A stretch of 62,107 bases of DNA from Proteromonas lacertae (GCA_002245135.1 NGBS01000022.1:62001-124107), one strand, 5' to 3'. Positions 13,562-28,536 are shown, counted from the first letter of the stretch. Translations and numbers: made by a program. The notes: generated by a model from the letters alone, not told the origin.

Positions 13562-14720
13562 TTATCGATGACTAAATATAATAAAAGCTCCAGTCAACAA
13601 ACCAACAGTCATCAACCATATAGAATTACTATTCGTTATAGAACTACTATTATTATCTTTCTCATCATTCTTATTACCATTCTTCTTATTACTTCCATCA
13701 GAATTACTTGCATTCACACCACCAAAAATACCATCATCACTATTCTCCCATCTATTACTATTTTCATGGTTATCATTATTATTATTAGTCGTTACAAATG
13801 ATAATACAGTGGATAATTCAGGATTCATCTCATCTTCAGGCAATAATAAATTCTTAGTATTATCTGCATCATCAGGTTCAATTTCTCGTTCTGTTGGGAA
13901 TAATCTAACTTGTATCCCTAAACGGGTTAAAAAAGGATTATGGCTACGATGTTGTATCTTCGCTTTATTATAAGAAAAATAACATTTGATTATTCTTTCA
14001 ACATATTTTAATAAGTTTGGACAATAACGAGTGATTATATCTTGTATACCAATTGGTTCAATTAATGCTTCCATTAAGTGGCCAAATAATATTGCATCTA
14101 CTGCGGATGGACTTGAGCCAAATATATATCCTTTATTGTTGCTATTGGAGGTTTGAGAGAGCTTGATATCTAATGCTTGGTAGATACTTACTGCTTTTTT
14201 GTATATTAGATTGTAGTTTGTATAACCATGAATTCGTAGTAAATCTGCTGCATCTTTTTTACCTTTGTATAGACAATATAAACAGAGTGGGAATGGAACA
14301 ATTTCCATGTAGGATTTGTAGGTGATTGATGCATATACTGTATCCTTTAACCATCTACGATAAGTTACAAACAGTGAGAGTGTATTTTGGATCATTGCCA
14401 TTAAAATCTCAGATTCTGCTTTTTGCTCATCGGTTAAACCTATGTTCAATTCATCATGTAATTGTAATATATAGGGGACAATTTCATTCTTTGGAATTAA
14501 AAGAGAATCATCTTGGAGTTGTGGATATTCTCCAGTTGCAGCACAGTATGGAACATTGACATTGCATTCTTCGTATGGGATTTTTGAGAAACGTAGAAGA
14601 GCCTATTCAAAAAAAACAATTCATTAATCAAAATGAAAAAAAATAATATCATAAATATCAAATATCAATATATACATGTTCAGTCCAAGCATATCTAAAT
14701 TGTTTTAACACCAATGGCAT
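13562..14720 (-). CDS. Metaxin-like outer-membrane protein (GST-like folds, C-terminal TM)
   Basis: ATG at 14720, one intron, then ALLRFSKIPYEE..GEYPQL. GST-C motif YIFGSSPSAVDAILFGHL..CPNLLKYVERI; C-terminal anchor WLMTVGLLTGAFIIF. Confidence 0.8.
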
Positions 14721-14823
14721 TCAATATTTCAAAAAATAAATATGTTAGTAAAGTAATTTTTTGATAGATAAGGCTTTTCTCATCAACTTAACACTTTCAT
14801 TCTGTCCTTCCCATTTAACTCGA

Positions 14824-16194
14824 ATGGTTGGTATAATCACATTAACAAGCAAATCTTTAACTGCAGTTAGAGCAGCAGCTGTTATTTCAAAACAAACAAA
14901 TAGTATAGATATTTTTTTTGCTAATACACTAAATACAATATTTTTATTTCAAATAGGTACAATATTTTCACGTAGTTTTGCAAATTTCGTTAGATCAAAA
15001 CCTCATTTAAATATTGGTACCATTGGACACGTAGATCACGGTAAAACTACCTTAACTTCAGCAATAACCCAAGTTTTATCCCAACAACACTTAGCACAAG
15101 CATATTCCTATGCACAAATCGATAAAGCTCCTGAAGAAAAAGCAAGAGGAATTACAATCAACACAACCCATGTTGAATATGAAACCAAGAAACGTCATTA
15201 TGCTCATGTAGATTGTCCAGGACATGCAGATTATGTAAAGAATATGATCACAGGTGCTGCTCAAATGGATGGAGCAATTTTAGTAGTAAGTGCAGCTGAT
15301 GGTCCAATGCCACAAACAAGAGAACATATATTATTAGCTCGACAAGTAGGAGTTCCAAACATAGTAGTTTATTTAAATAAATGTGATTTAGTTGATGATC
15401 CAGAGTTATTGGAATTAGTTGAGATGGAAACAAGAGAATTGTTATCGTTCTATAATTACCCAGGAGATAATATACCAATTGTCAGAGGATCGGCATTATG
15501 TGCTTGTCAGAACAACAAGCCAGAATTAGGCAAAGATAGTATATTGAAATTATTAGACACAATTGATGAAGCATTCCCAGAAGTATAAATATATATTTTT
15601 ATTAATTTATGTAAATAGCCTGTTCGTCCACTTGAAAAACCATTCCGTTTACCAATCGAAGATGTATTCAGTATTTCAGGAAGAGGTACAGTAGTAACAG
15701 GAAGAGTTGAGCAAGGAAAAGTAAAATTAAATGAAGAAATCGAAATAGTTGGTTTAAAAGCTACTCAAAAAACAATAGTAACAGGTTTAGAGATGTTTAA
15801 AAAATCGTTAGATATTGCACAAGCTGGTGATAATGTTGGTATATTATTAAGAGGAATTAAAAGAGAAGATGTTCGAAGAGGTCAAGTTGTAAGCAAACCT
15901 AATTCAATTCATCCACATACTGAGTTTGAGACTGAAGTTTATGTGTTAAAGAAAGAAGAAGGAGGAAGACATACACCTTTCACTACAAACTATAGACCTC
16001 AATTTTTCTTGAATACTGCTGATGTAACTGGTGTAATTACATTGAAAAATGCTGAAATGGCAATGCCTGGTGAAAATGCGACAATGAGTGTGAAATTAAT
16101 TCATCCAGTTGCTTTAGAGCCAGGTCAGAGATTTGCTATTAGAGAAGGAGGTCATACAGTAGGAGCTGGTGTTGTTTCAAAGATAGTTAAATAA
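14824..16194 (+). CDS. TUFM: Mitochondrial/MRO elongation factor Tu
   Basis: [42 protein letters not shown] and EGGRHTPF. Presequence [22 protein letters not shown] after removing introns 14831-14866 and 14903-14956; third intron at about 15583-15618. Confidence 0.96.
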
Positions 16195-16402
16195 TTAATT
16201 AAATAAATAAAGTAGATGGTAATGAATTGGTTTATTTTTTGTTGTTTGTTTATTGATCAAATTATAAATGTAAATATGGTTTAATTAATATCTCTTATGT
16301 TTTTGACTTTTTATATATGATAATTCAATAAAATTCCTCAAATCATTCAAAACAAAAAGAAATGTTATTATCAAAATAATATTGATGCTTATGCAAAATA
16401 GA

Positions 16403-19400
16403 TTATTCAATATTCCAAAACTCTTTAGATAATTCTTTCTTTGTTTCTTCTGAAATTCCTTTTAGTTTTGTTTTTCCAATTGTTGAAAATGTTTTTAAAA
16501 ATCATTTTAATTCTAATTTATCTATATTCTTTTTTAATGTTATTGTAAATATTTTTAAACAATCAAATACTTCTTTGTTTTCTTTCATTAATCTTAATTC
16601 ACTTTCATCTAATTCATTTCCTGATAGATTCATTATTTTTAATGGATAATATTCTTTCAACCTTTATATTAACATTTTTAATCCTCTTTCACTCATTCCA
16701 GTATCTATTTAGATTAAAGATTTTATAAAATACTTGAAAGGTTTAATGATCTTGGATAATCATCATTATCATTTGCAATAAATATATTTAAATTCTTACA
16801 TATTATCTCTAATCCTTCATCACCAATTTCATTTTTATATATGGAGATATATCCTGAACTTTTTGGTAATGAATCTGTTAATTTTTTTAATCCTATATAA
16901 CTGATTTTATTAATGGATAAATATAATTCACATTAGTCTATTTGTTTAAGAAATGAAATATGAGAATCTTGAATTTTCATATCTATCTCAATTTAAATAT
17001 ATGTATTATACTTGAAAAATAATGTGAAAAAGCATATTTTTTGCTTTTCTTTTTAATATAATAATCCAAATAATATTCCAATTCTTCATTTGTCCATAAT
17101 AAGCACTTCATACTAATTATAGGATATTCTTCTTTTGCTAATGATTTTGAGCATATTGATTTTAATCCATTCATTCTTATCTCATTACCATATAGAATAA
17201 TTGAATCACAATTTTTTATTGAAGATAGTTTATCTGCTAATAATAAAACACTTTCATCGGTTATTGAGATATTATTCATATTTATATTATATTTATCATT
17301 AATAATCATGTTTATTTTGTTTAATAACAACTAAAATCCATTATAACCAATTGGATTATCTATTAAACAAATAGTTAATTAAGATGCAAGTATTTAGTTT
17401 ATACAATAAATAAACAACTTCATTATATTATCATTATCATTCATATAATTTATTTAATAGTCTATCCCTTTTGAATCTATATTATTGAAACTTATATCAA
17501 GTTTTATCTTTTCATCAATATCCTCTATCCCTTTTAGTAAATACTTCAATCCAACTGATGATAATCCCATGTCTATTTTATATAATAGAATAAAAATAAA
17601 TACTAGAACAATTTATTCTTTTATCATTGTCTTTCAACAAGTACAAATGTGGAGATAGTAATCTCATTCCTTCATCTCCTATTTCATTTTCATATAATTG
17701 AAGTTCTTTAAGATTTGATAATGAAGATAAATATTCAATCAGTAATTGTATACTTTTTTGTGTTAGTTTATTATCTTAATAATAGAAATATATAACAATA
17801 TACTGCTTATATCTAACTGTTCTATTTCTTTAAACTCATTTGATCTTAATAAAATGAATGATTTGATAATATCATCATCAATTATTGAATTACTCAGATT
17901 TAAATTATCATACTCTATTATATAATCTATCAATTTAGGAATATCTTTATCTATCAATAGCTCTATATTTTTTATATTACAATCAAATATAACATTACAA
18001 GATGATAATTTGGAGAATAAAGCTTTCAATACAGTTGGATGAATACTATTATTACATCTAATATATATTCTTTTCAAATTTGGATATTTATGTAATTCTG
18101 ATGATAATAACATCATTGATTCATCATTTAAATTCATTCCATATAGATGCATTTCATCATATTTATCAATTAATAAATGTAAATATGGAAGTAATAATTT
18201 GAATCCTTTTGGACCTATTGGGTTTTCTATTTTATTATAACAAAATTTAATATTAATACCTTCTAAATCTACATATTTCAATTTCATGAATGGAATTGAT
18301 TTAACAAATAATTCAACAAAATGTGATGTAAGATTACATCTATATAAGTCCATTTCTTGTAGATTTGATAGTTGCGATAATAATAATCCAAATAATGATT
18401 GATGTTGAAGCGGTATATTCATATGATCTTTGTAATTATTAACTAAATATAAAATAAACAAAAGAGTTATACAAAATGATAATTTTGTTGGATTGATTAG
18501 TTTTAATATTCTAAACAAATATTTCATTCCTTCTTCACAACAACAAACACAATTTGATTTTATTATTATTTCTTCTTTATCACATTCCCTTCTATCAATA
18601 TTTAATGCCATTCCATCTAAATAGCACTCTTTTCCTTCTTTGTGATGATATTTATGATATTTCAGTTTATTTTCTATTGATTTATCATCTTTATATAATT
18701 TCATCATTAATAGAGTTGACAGTAATCTTTCATTTGGTTTACTATTGTATGCTTTTATCAGAATATCTCGAATTTCTTTCCATTTATTACTTTCAATAAT
18801 CATGTAAAATGGATATAAAATTGGAAGTGTTATTATCATTTTATCATTATTATATAATACTTCTTTTCTTTCTTTATATATCATTAGATTATTTTCTTCA
18901 TTTCTTCTACTTGTCTTTATTGATAATAGTATTTTCATATTATTTAAACTCAATCTATCTTCATTCTTCATTTTTAACATTCTTTCTATCATTTCTTTCA
19001 TCATTTCATCACATTCTACATCTAAACTGTATTTACATCTCAGAACGTTGTTAAGGGTTTTTAACATATTATTATCTTCATTAAATGGTAATTTCTTGTT
19101 TATCATTTCATATAATATACAACCAATTGACCAAATCACACTTCTTTCATTACATTCTAATCCACTTAACTCTTCTGGGCTTTTGAAGCAAATATCATAT
19201 ATTTTTACATCCTCTTTTCTCAAATCATTCAAGAGTAAATCACATACTTTTATTTCATCATCATTCTCTATTACAACATTTGAACTCTTCAAATTATTTA
19301 TCATTATATCATATTCACTTAATATCATCAATATATCACATAATTTATTAATAACACAACATATTACACCACTGGAAAGCGACTCTTTATGAATTATATC

Positions 19401-19699
19401 TTCTAAATCTCTTAAGTAATAGTCTCTCTCATATTTCATCATATTATACCCGATCATATCTATTGCAGCTATAAATGTAAAAGATGAACAAAAATCAGAT
19501 AATAAACGGTTATTTTCAATAAATTTTAATACACACTTTTCCTTCATTCCTTCTATATTCATTATCTTCATCTTTTTCATTTCATTTTCATCTTCTATCA
19601 CAAAATCAACTTCTTTTATACTCTTTTCTACTCTATCTATTATCTATTATATAAATATAACGATTATACTTTCAATTTTGGTAGTTTATATTTCATCAT
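16403..19699 (-). CDS. Pseudokinase + ribonuclease-inhibitor(RI)-like LRR protein
   Basis: Kinase C-lobe motifs SPEEL and WSIGCILYEMI..KLPF are present, but INNLKSSN and DLL replace HRD and DFG. Downstream repeats NPIGPKGFKLL, NEIRMNGLK and others lie across several short introns. Confidence 0.75.
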
Positions 19700-20263
19700 A
19701 CTATCTATATCATGATTTTGAGAAAAAAATATCATTTCTGAAAATTGAGTCGTTTCTATTTTACTTTTTGCTTTTTTCTCATCATTTTCTTATTATTACC
19801 ATCTCATTACATCAACATCTAATACTACCATCACTATTAAATCATTTGGTTGCTGTTTTACTCACTAATTTAATAAAATGCTCTATTTACTGTTTCTATC
19901 ATCTACAAAAATAAGTCAATCACAATACTTTTATTTTTGATTGTTATTTCTATAATTCATTATCATTTAATCAAGATATTCTGTATAACAGTTTTGTTTC
20001 AAAATTATTGATCGTTTCATTTTCATTTCATTTTGATTTTTTTATCATTTCTTATTAAAAACAAATAAAATAACAAAAGAAACAATAGGGAAACTCATTT
20101 TAATTCTTTTACCATTAAATTCTAACAGAGCTAAGCCGAAAGAGAAAGATGAGTGTTTAATTATGTGAATTTAACTCTCTCTTTTTTTCTTCTTGTATGT
20201 ATTATCCCAATAAAATACATAAATCACAACATTCTAATTTTTTAATAATATGATTGAGGAATA

Positions 20264-21102
20264 TTATAGCATTAATAGTCCAATCATCACTATAGCTATG
20301 ATTGATGGTATATACATACCACTTACATTATCTTTTCTCATCTTTGTTAATATATCATTATTATCTCCTACACTCACTGTCATATCACTTGGAGTTGGTA
20401 AAACTGTCTTTCCAAAATATGCTTCACCTTCAGATTCTAATATTCTTTCACTTTTTGGACATTTCATATAAGCAACTACACCTAAATGGAAGGAATTTGA
20501 TATTGACTCTTTAATTTTATCAATTTTATCTTTTGCTGCATCAGATGTACATTTTTCATATAGTTGATCGATTGTTACAAATCCACTTACTTCACATCCT
20601 AATTCTTTTAATGCATCGAAATCATTAGCTGATAATTCTAAACCAGTTTGTGAAGTATCAATACCTCCTAGACTATAATAAGTGAAAGTGTTCTTATCTT
20701 CTCTCCCTACTTTAAATACTAATTTCACCTTAGCTGCCATCTTTAATTTGTCATATTCTGATTTTATTGAAGTGACAAAACCAAAAGCATTATCAGTAAG
20801 ATAAACACCCGTGTAAATTGTTATTTGATCTACTACTAAGTCTACTTGAGCTATTACACCTTTACTTTGAGGAATTGGGCAATTATCAAATACTTTAACA
20901 CCATTTCTCAAATTTAAATGACTGTTGGTTTGATTGAGGTGAGTAAGTGCTTTCTCAATTAATTCACCATCTATTTAACATTAAAGAATTCAAAATACAG
21001 TTTAACTCAGCTGCATTGGCTGCACTATTAAAAGTGACCAATAAAATAACTATTTTATAAAAGAATTAAAGTCATACGAGTGATACAAATTAAGGAATTC
21101 AT
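20264..21102 (-). CDS. Secreted, probably GPI-anchored surface protein (copy A)
   Basis: Two 28-nt introns add a signal peptide MNSLICITLILLVTFNSAANA to the 215-aa ORF. The C-terminus DNVSG-MYIPSIIAIVMIGLLML is hydrophobic to the end. Confidence 0.8.
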
Positions 21103-21374
21103 AAATTGAATAAAGAATTAAAATTCGGTTATTTTTAAAAATGTGTTTTTGTCAGTTACACATGTATAACTGACATTTACAACCTTTTTGTTTAAATGTA
21201 TTGTTGCATCACTATTCAAAATAAATATACTGTAGTTATTACATGTTGTTTTGTTTGTTTAAATGTAAAGTTTGTTTTTCAACAGCAATCTTGAATACTT
21301 TTCTACTTTTATTCATTAATATATTCATTACAATACAATAATAATAATAATATGCAAGGATAAATTTCAATAAG

Positions 21375-22856
21375 TTACTTTAACGGTATTCTTAAACTAA
21401 ACGATTTATCTCCTTTTTGAGCTTTACCATCCACTGTTAATAATCCATTCTCATCTACATAATAGGTTATGTTAATTTTAAATTCTCTTGCTTTATTTGG
21501 TAAGGGAAGACCTTCTAACTTATAGTAATTCAAAATACTAACATCTTTTCGACATGGTATACTGTTTTTATCCAAATCTTTACTATCACCTTCAAACACT
21601 GTTACATCAACAAAATCTTGATTATCTTCACCATTAGCAAATGTCTGTGTATATTTACATGGAGTTGTAGTATTTCTCTTTATCATCACAAATAATTCAT
21701 TTTCATTCACATCAGTTAAAAGAGTATGACAAACTACATCAAATACGTTAAACTTAAAATCATTTAAGTTAGCAGCAACTGTTGCTCCTAAAGCTACAAC
21801 TTCATCAGGATTAGTGTCTTTACATATTGTCGTTTTGGGGAATTTATTCTTCAATTGTTCAGTTACTAATGGTATTCTACTTGAACCACCTACTAATACT
21901 ATATCATCAATCATATCTTCTTTTAATTCAGCATCATTCAATACTCTCTGAATTATATCCATTGTTCGATCTAATATCTTATTATCTTTTAATAATTTCT
22001 CAAATTGAGGTTTCGTTAATACAGTATCAATACCAGCATCATCTAACCATTCACAATCTACTGTTGCATCAGATGCTCCTTCAGCACTTAGTAAGATTTT
22101 ACTCTTTTCACAAGATTTCTTTAATTTCGCTTGTTGTTTCTCTTTTACATCTTTACCATATTGTTTTAAGAAATAATCTACTAATATTTGATCGATATCT
22201 TCACCACCTAAATGACTATCTCCTCCTGTTGCTGACACATGAACTTCTTTTAAATTGAAATTGATTTTCATTATTGAAACATCAAATGTTCCTCCTCCAA
22301 AATCATAAATTAATAAAGTTTCTTCATTTTTACATTTACTTTTAGATTGGATCTTTTGATAAGCATAGGCAATGGCTGCTGCTGTTGGTTCGTTTATTAT
22401 TTGAATTACTTCTAAATTCGCTGATTCTGCTGCTTTCTTTGTTTCAACTCGTTGTTGATGGTTAAAATAAGCTGGAACTGTTATTACAGCTTGGGTTTTA
22501 TATCGTTTTTCTTGACCTAAAAATTCATCAGCTACTTCTTTTATAGATTTTAATATCTCAGTTGAGATTTCATTGGCTGTAAAAGTTTGAGTTGAATTGT
22601 TGTGTAATATCTCTACTACTGGCTCATTTTTACTTCCTTTCACTACTTTAAATGGCCAATGTTTTATATCATCTTGAATATTACTGTCATCATAACTTCT
22701 TCCAATAAATCTCTTTGAATCAAATACTGCTTGACCAATTGCTTTTGGATTATTTTTTGCTGCTGAACCTACTACTCTCTCTGAAGTCTTTGGATTAAAA
22801 AACACATAAGAAGGAATTGTTCTATTACTATCGTTAAAAGTGACTAGATCAACTTT
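21375..22856 (-). pseudogene. Lidless Hsp70 copy A, 5'-truncated at the duplication junction
   Basis: Matches copy B from KVDLVTF onward but lacks MNKLKIGIDLGTT. The C-terminal frame is intact. Confidence 0.8.
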
Positions 22857-23120
22857 GTTATATATATTTCTAAACACGAATTTCTTCTGATAAACTTACT
22901 TCAAAAAGGAGTATTTCACCAACATTCACTTCAAATATTCATTCATGACTTATCACATTATAATATGCTCATATTAATATGCATTAATAAAACACAATTG
23001 AGTATTATTGTCTTTATCACACCATCTGCAATAGAATTAAATCACATTTTAATTTTTGGGGTTATTCAAAATTTTGATAAAAATCCAATTTCGTTATTTT
23101 TGTTATATATTTACATAAAG

Positions 23121-25250
23121 ATGATAATAAAAGTGAATAAACGCAATAAGAGAAGAGGGGTATATTTTATATTTATTTTTATGATAGATTGTGTCGAAAA
23201 TTGGTTAAAAGTGGTTTTGGTGATATAGAAGTGAAGATTGGAGATAGTCCGAATCATGTCAATCAAGTCAATTTTAGTGAATGGAAATGAAACTGTAAAG
23301 AAACTGTTGTTAGATAGTGAGTTTGTTGGAGTTTTAGAGTTATATGAAGAAATCGAAGAAATTGGCTATTATGAGATGGAGAAATACTACAGTGGTGGTG
23401 AATTGAGAATCTGTAAAGAGAATGTGTGTGAAGTGTTGATGTTTTGTTTATGTTATAGTGAAAAAGAGATAATAAATGATTGTTATGAATTTGTGAAGAA
23501 TAATATAGATGATGAAGTGTTAATGAAGTTAATTCATATCTGTAATGTATTTGGTGGATGTTTGAGAGAGATAGAAGACTTGAAAAATATGGAAATAGAA
23601 AAGCGAGGATATAAATATTTATATAAGAATGAATATTTGTTGAGATTAGAAATGAATAATTTGAGTGAGATATTAAATATGAGAGATGTGATAATTCGAA
23701 GTGAGAGTTGGTTATTAAATCGTTTATTCGAATGGCGTAAATTCCAAAAGAATAAGAAAGATAATAATGAAGAGATTACAAGATGATTTTAAACAATTGA
23801 TAGAAGAAGATATCGATGTAGAAAAGATAAAAGAGAATGAGATAACAAAAGAGAATAAAGAAATGTTGAAAGAAATGAAAATAGAATTAAAGAAAAATGA
23901 ATGTAAAAATCATATAGAATTATATTCTATAAAAGATGAGAGAATTCAAAATGTAATAATCAACAATTACAATGAAGATAATAAAGAAGAAGACTTTAAT
24001 GAAGAAGAAAGAGGAATGTTGGATAAAATGGAAGAAGAAGAATTGAATGATGATATATTATCTGCATTAGAAATGAATAACATAAAAATAACAGAAATAG
24101 TATTGATGATAATGAAGTATAAAAATGTGAAAAAGGAAAGTATAAATACTAAAAATATATTTAAATAGAATATATCTCAAATATCGAAAAGAGAAATATG
24201 TTGGAAAGATTATGTATAGAATATAATGAGAATAAAAGAAATCGAACAATGAAATGTTTATGTTTGTTTGTTGATGATAAAAAGAATATTTCAATAATAG
24301 AAGAAATATGTGGAAAAGAAATTCTTTTTAGAATATTGAATGAAGATAATTATCTAAATACCATATCCAAAGAAATATTAATCGAATATATAAAAGAAAT
24401 GAGTATGAGTATGGAAGAAGAAGAAGAAATGATAGAAATAATGAAAGATAAAGAATTATTGGAAGAATTAAAAACAAAAGAAATCACATCATTTTCATAT
24501 CCTCAATCAGAATATTCATTTGGATTAAATGAAGAAATATCAATAATTCCATCGTTTGATGGAAATCGATGTGAATTTTCAATCAATCCTTCATTACCTG
24601 ATGGAATAATGATAGATAAAGAAAGTGGAATAATTAATGGAAAAATGAATAAAGAAATTGAAAAGGGAGAATATGAAATAAGTTGCAAGAATATTCTAAG
24701 TGAAAAGAAAATCAAAATTTCATTAGAATTTGTTGATGTGAAATTTACAGAAAATAGTAAAGGTTATGCTATTGGAATATCAAATAATGGTAAAATAATC
24801 AAAAATTCAGATTATGGTTATTGTCATTGTTATTTGGATTTGAAAATGGAAAATGGAGTTTATCATATCAAATATCAATTCCATCAAAAAGGAGGTAGAA
24901 GTGATGGAATAATGTTAGGATTATCAACTAATAATACACACTCAAGAACTGATATATTTCATAAATCAACAACATGTAATTATCATGCAGTCAAAGGTAA
25001 AAGTCAAGATGCATTTCCATATTGTCGTATTGGAACACTTGTTAATTCAAATCCAAATTTCAATAATCATGGAGATGGTTCAATTTATGAAGTGATAGTT
25101 GATATGAATAAAAGAGAATTTTGGATAAGTCATAATAATTCATCTCCTGTTTTACTTGTTAAAGATTTACCTTCTCCATTATATCCATATGTTGTAATAG
25201 CAGGATTTAGTTGTTCATTTGAATTAATATCATTTTCTTGTCAAAATTAA
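23121..25250 (+). pseudogene. BTB-like + putative Ig (He_PIG-like) + SPRY-like protein with frameshifts
   Basis: BTB/BACK-like SGFGDIEVKIG / IKSIL..YYSGGELRICKENVCEVL; Ig-like FSINPSLPDGIMIDKESGIING; SPRY-like VIVDMNKREFWISHN..LPSPLYPYV. Frame breaks near 23245 and 23780. Confidence 0.65.
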
Positions 25251-25363
25251 ATAGAGTTTATGATTAAATCAAATTCACATTTCTATATTGATTTTAACTG
25301 AAACAATTTTGGTAAAGACAAAAAATATATTACATAGAAATATAAAAGTGATTATTCATATAA

Positions 25364-27359
25364 TTAAAAAGAATAATTTTCTAATTTTGGAGCATCTCTA
25401 CTCAATCTCTCTGCTTTTGAAATAATCTATACATATATAACACATAAACAACATAATATATACAGATTCATATGATTGTTCCAAAGTTCTCTTGAAATGA
25501 GTAGTGTCTTTATCTTTGAAAAAGTCTTTAATATCTCCAATAACATCAACTCTTACAAATGACTATAATATTATATATATAATAAGTAAATATATAACTA
25601 TACAGAAGTAACTAAACTAATCAAATTTGGTAAAAGAAAAGTTCCTCCTTTAACAGCATTTCTTATCTCATCATAATGTATTTTAAACCATTTCCATGTA
25701 TATTCTCTTGACTATATATATATTTATATAAAATAATAATAATGATAATAATAACATACAATTGGATTTAAAGCACATCTAGCAATAATACTAACAATAT
25801 CTTGACTTCTAACTTCATTAGAAAGTGATAAACTTAATGCTTTTTCTATTATTTTCATATTTGTTGAATTCCCAAATGATGATAATATTCTCACTTGTTC
25901 TTCATTCAGTTGTGTCTTTTTAAAGAAATTGTACAATTTATCGTAATTATTCTCTGATTCAATTTCATTCTTTAAAGCTGTACAGTATAATAAGTATCTT
26001 AAATCAGGTGAGATTTTGGAATTTTCTGGATTGCTGATAAACTCATTAAAATAACTGTCAGCAATTTTCATTGTTTCTTTGTCATTACCAACAACCATGC
26101 TATAAAGATAATTAAATTATAATATATATAATATATAATACGATAATACGGTACTTCTTAATATAGTATCATTTTCATCTTCATTCTCTTTCTTAGCCCA
26201 TCCTAATCTATCATATAATGGCTTATATAATTCATAAACATATTTCTGGAACTTTGGATAGAATTTCTCATTAGAATATAATTTCAAAAGGCTTGATAAA
26301 TTGCTTGAGATTTCACTCCAAACACCTTCATCATCTTCTTCTTTAAAATATTTCACAAAGTCCAAAGCAGTTGTTATTTCAATGTCTCCTGACATACACA
26401 AAGCAAATATATCATTAACCAATCCAATTCTTTCTAAATTATTAATTCGTTTATTTTGGCATAATTCCCCCAATTTATTCCACCATTTGATTGGATAATT
26501 AATTCTACATAATGTTGATTGATGAGTGTTTAATTTCAATATTCCTCCTTCTTTACATAAACCATTAATCTCTTTCACAAATTCATTCTTTTCATTTGGT
26601 TTATTTTCATCTAATAAAGGTAATTCAACATCATATTTACTACCATCATTCTTATATACAGTTGCAATTAATGGAATTGTCCATTTTATATCATTATATT
26701 TATCACTATGTTTACGTAAATATCTTTGTTGAGTTACTTTATAATTATTATTATCATTTCCACTTTCAGTTATGGTAATTAATGGATAACCTGTTACTGT
26801 TACATATTGATTCATTATTTTAGTTATTGGTTTATTACTAGCTTCTTCCAAACATTTCCATAAATCGTTAGTAATTGTATTTCTGTATTTATACTTATTT
26901 AAATACAGTGTAATACCCTATACATTATATAAACTTAATTATATACTTTTCTAAATGTATCATGTCCCAAATAGCAATAAACCATTCTTAATACAGAACC
27001 ACCTTTATCATATGATATACTATCAAATATCTCCTTAATCTCATCAGGAGAATGAACTTCACTTTCAATTGGATGACTGGTTTCTAAACTGTCTAGTGAT
27101 TTTGCAGATGCTTGAACATCACTATAATTATTATAAATTTTAAATATATATATATATATATACAATGTAAAAGTATTCCAGAAATTCCATTTGGGGAATA
27201 AATAATCAGTAGCAACATGTGCCATAAAAGTAGCAAATCCTTCATTTAGCCATAATTGAGTCCACCATTCCATTGTTACAATATTGCCAAACCACTAACA
27301 TAATATATAAACTTAAGAAAAAATAGAAAAAATAGAAAACTTAACAGTGAGAGAAAAAG

Positions 27360-27398
<39 letters not shown>

Positions 27399-28462
27399 TT
27401 GATGAGCTAATTCATGTGTTACACATTCGCACACTCTCTGCTTCTTTGCCACTCCACTGTTCTTAGTATCAACTAACAAAGCAGTCTCTCTGAATGTAAT
27501 ACATCCCCAATTCTCCATTGCACCACTAGCAAAGTTAGAAATTGCAATAAAATCACACTTCGGGTAAAGGGAATTTTAACCCATAAAATTCTTCATAAAA
27601 ATCTAAACATCTTGTTGCTACATCCAATGCAAATAAACCTTGATCAACACAACCTACTGGAGTATAAATACCTACTTTAATTCCACGTTTTGTATAGTTA
27701 AATAAAGTGTCAAATTCACCTATTACTACAGCTACCAAATAACTTGAACATAATGGAGTTGGAGCAAATTTCCAATACTAATTAAATTAATATATATATA
27801 TATATATATATGTATACAGTTTTTTTGTCATTTTCTGTACGTTTTTCTACTACATTCATATTACTAATCACTTCCATATAACTATCAGCAATTACACTAA
27901 TATCATAAATGGTTTTAATATTTGGTTCATCCCAACAGGGGAATGCTTTTCGTGCATGAGTTGGCTCGAATTTAGTAGATGCCATGTATTTTGTCTTTCC
28001 ATTTACTACATAACTACTTCGATAAAATCCTGCCATTTGATCATTCAAAATTCCTGTGAAGGATATTTTTAATAGAGCTGTTCCCGAATGAAGACTACTT
28101 TCAAATACAAAGCTAACAGTCTCATTTTTCAAATCGTAAGTGATTCTACATAATACATAAATATTATTTCAAAAATACTTTTTGCATTCATTACTTACAC
28201 CATCTTGAGTAAGATTTACAGACTAAATATCAATATATGTAAACATACGACAATATTCAGTTGAAATGAATGTATTACAATCTCATTAGTTGCTGCTTTT
28301 ACTTCTAAAGTAATTTCACTCTTACCTGCGAATATAAACTTCTCAATATCTACATCAGTATAATCCAACTTATATCTGTTTCATTATATCTTAAAATGCA
28401 ATATACAAAGTTGGTTTAACATTTTCAGGTAATCTCATGCAAGTTGAATCAGAAGATGGCAT
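25364..28462 (-). CDS. M1 family puromycin-sensitive-like aminopeptidase
   Basis: [34 protein letters not shown] (split by an intron), [17 protein letters not shown] and an ERAP1-like C-terminus. One apparent +1 frameshift near 27563. Confidence 0.92.
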
Positions 28463-28536
28463 TATTTAATCAAGAATAAAAATTTACTCAATCCAAGTAA
28501 ATTACAATGGTAATAAAAAACTGTCATATTTTTTAA

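Larger units (their letters stand above)
20111..22856. repeat. Inverted segmental duplication, copy A (partner 45937-48664)
   Basis: Near-identical reverse complement. Differences seen: a few substitutions, one 21-nt indel and three 1-nt indels. Confidence 0.95.
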
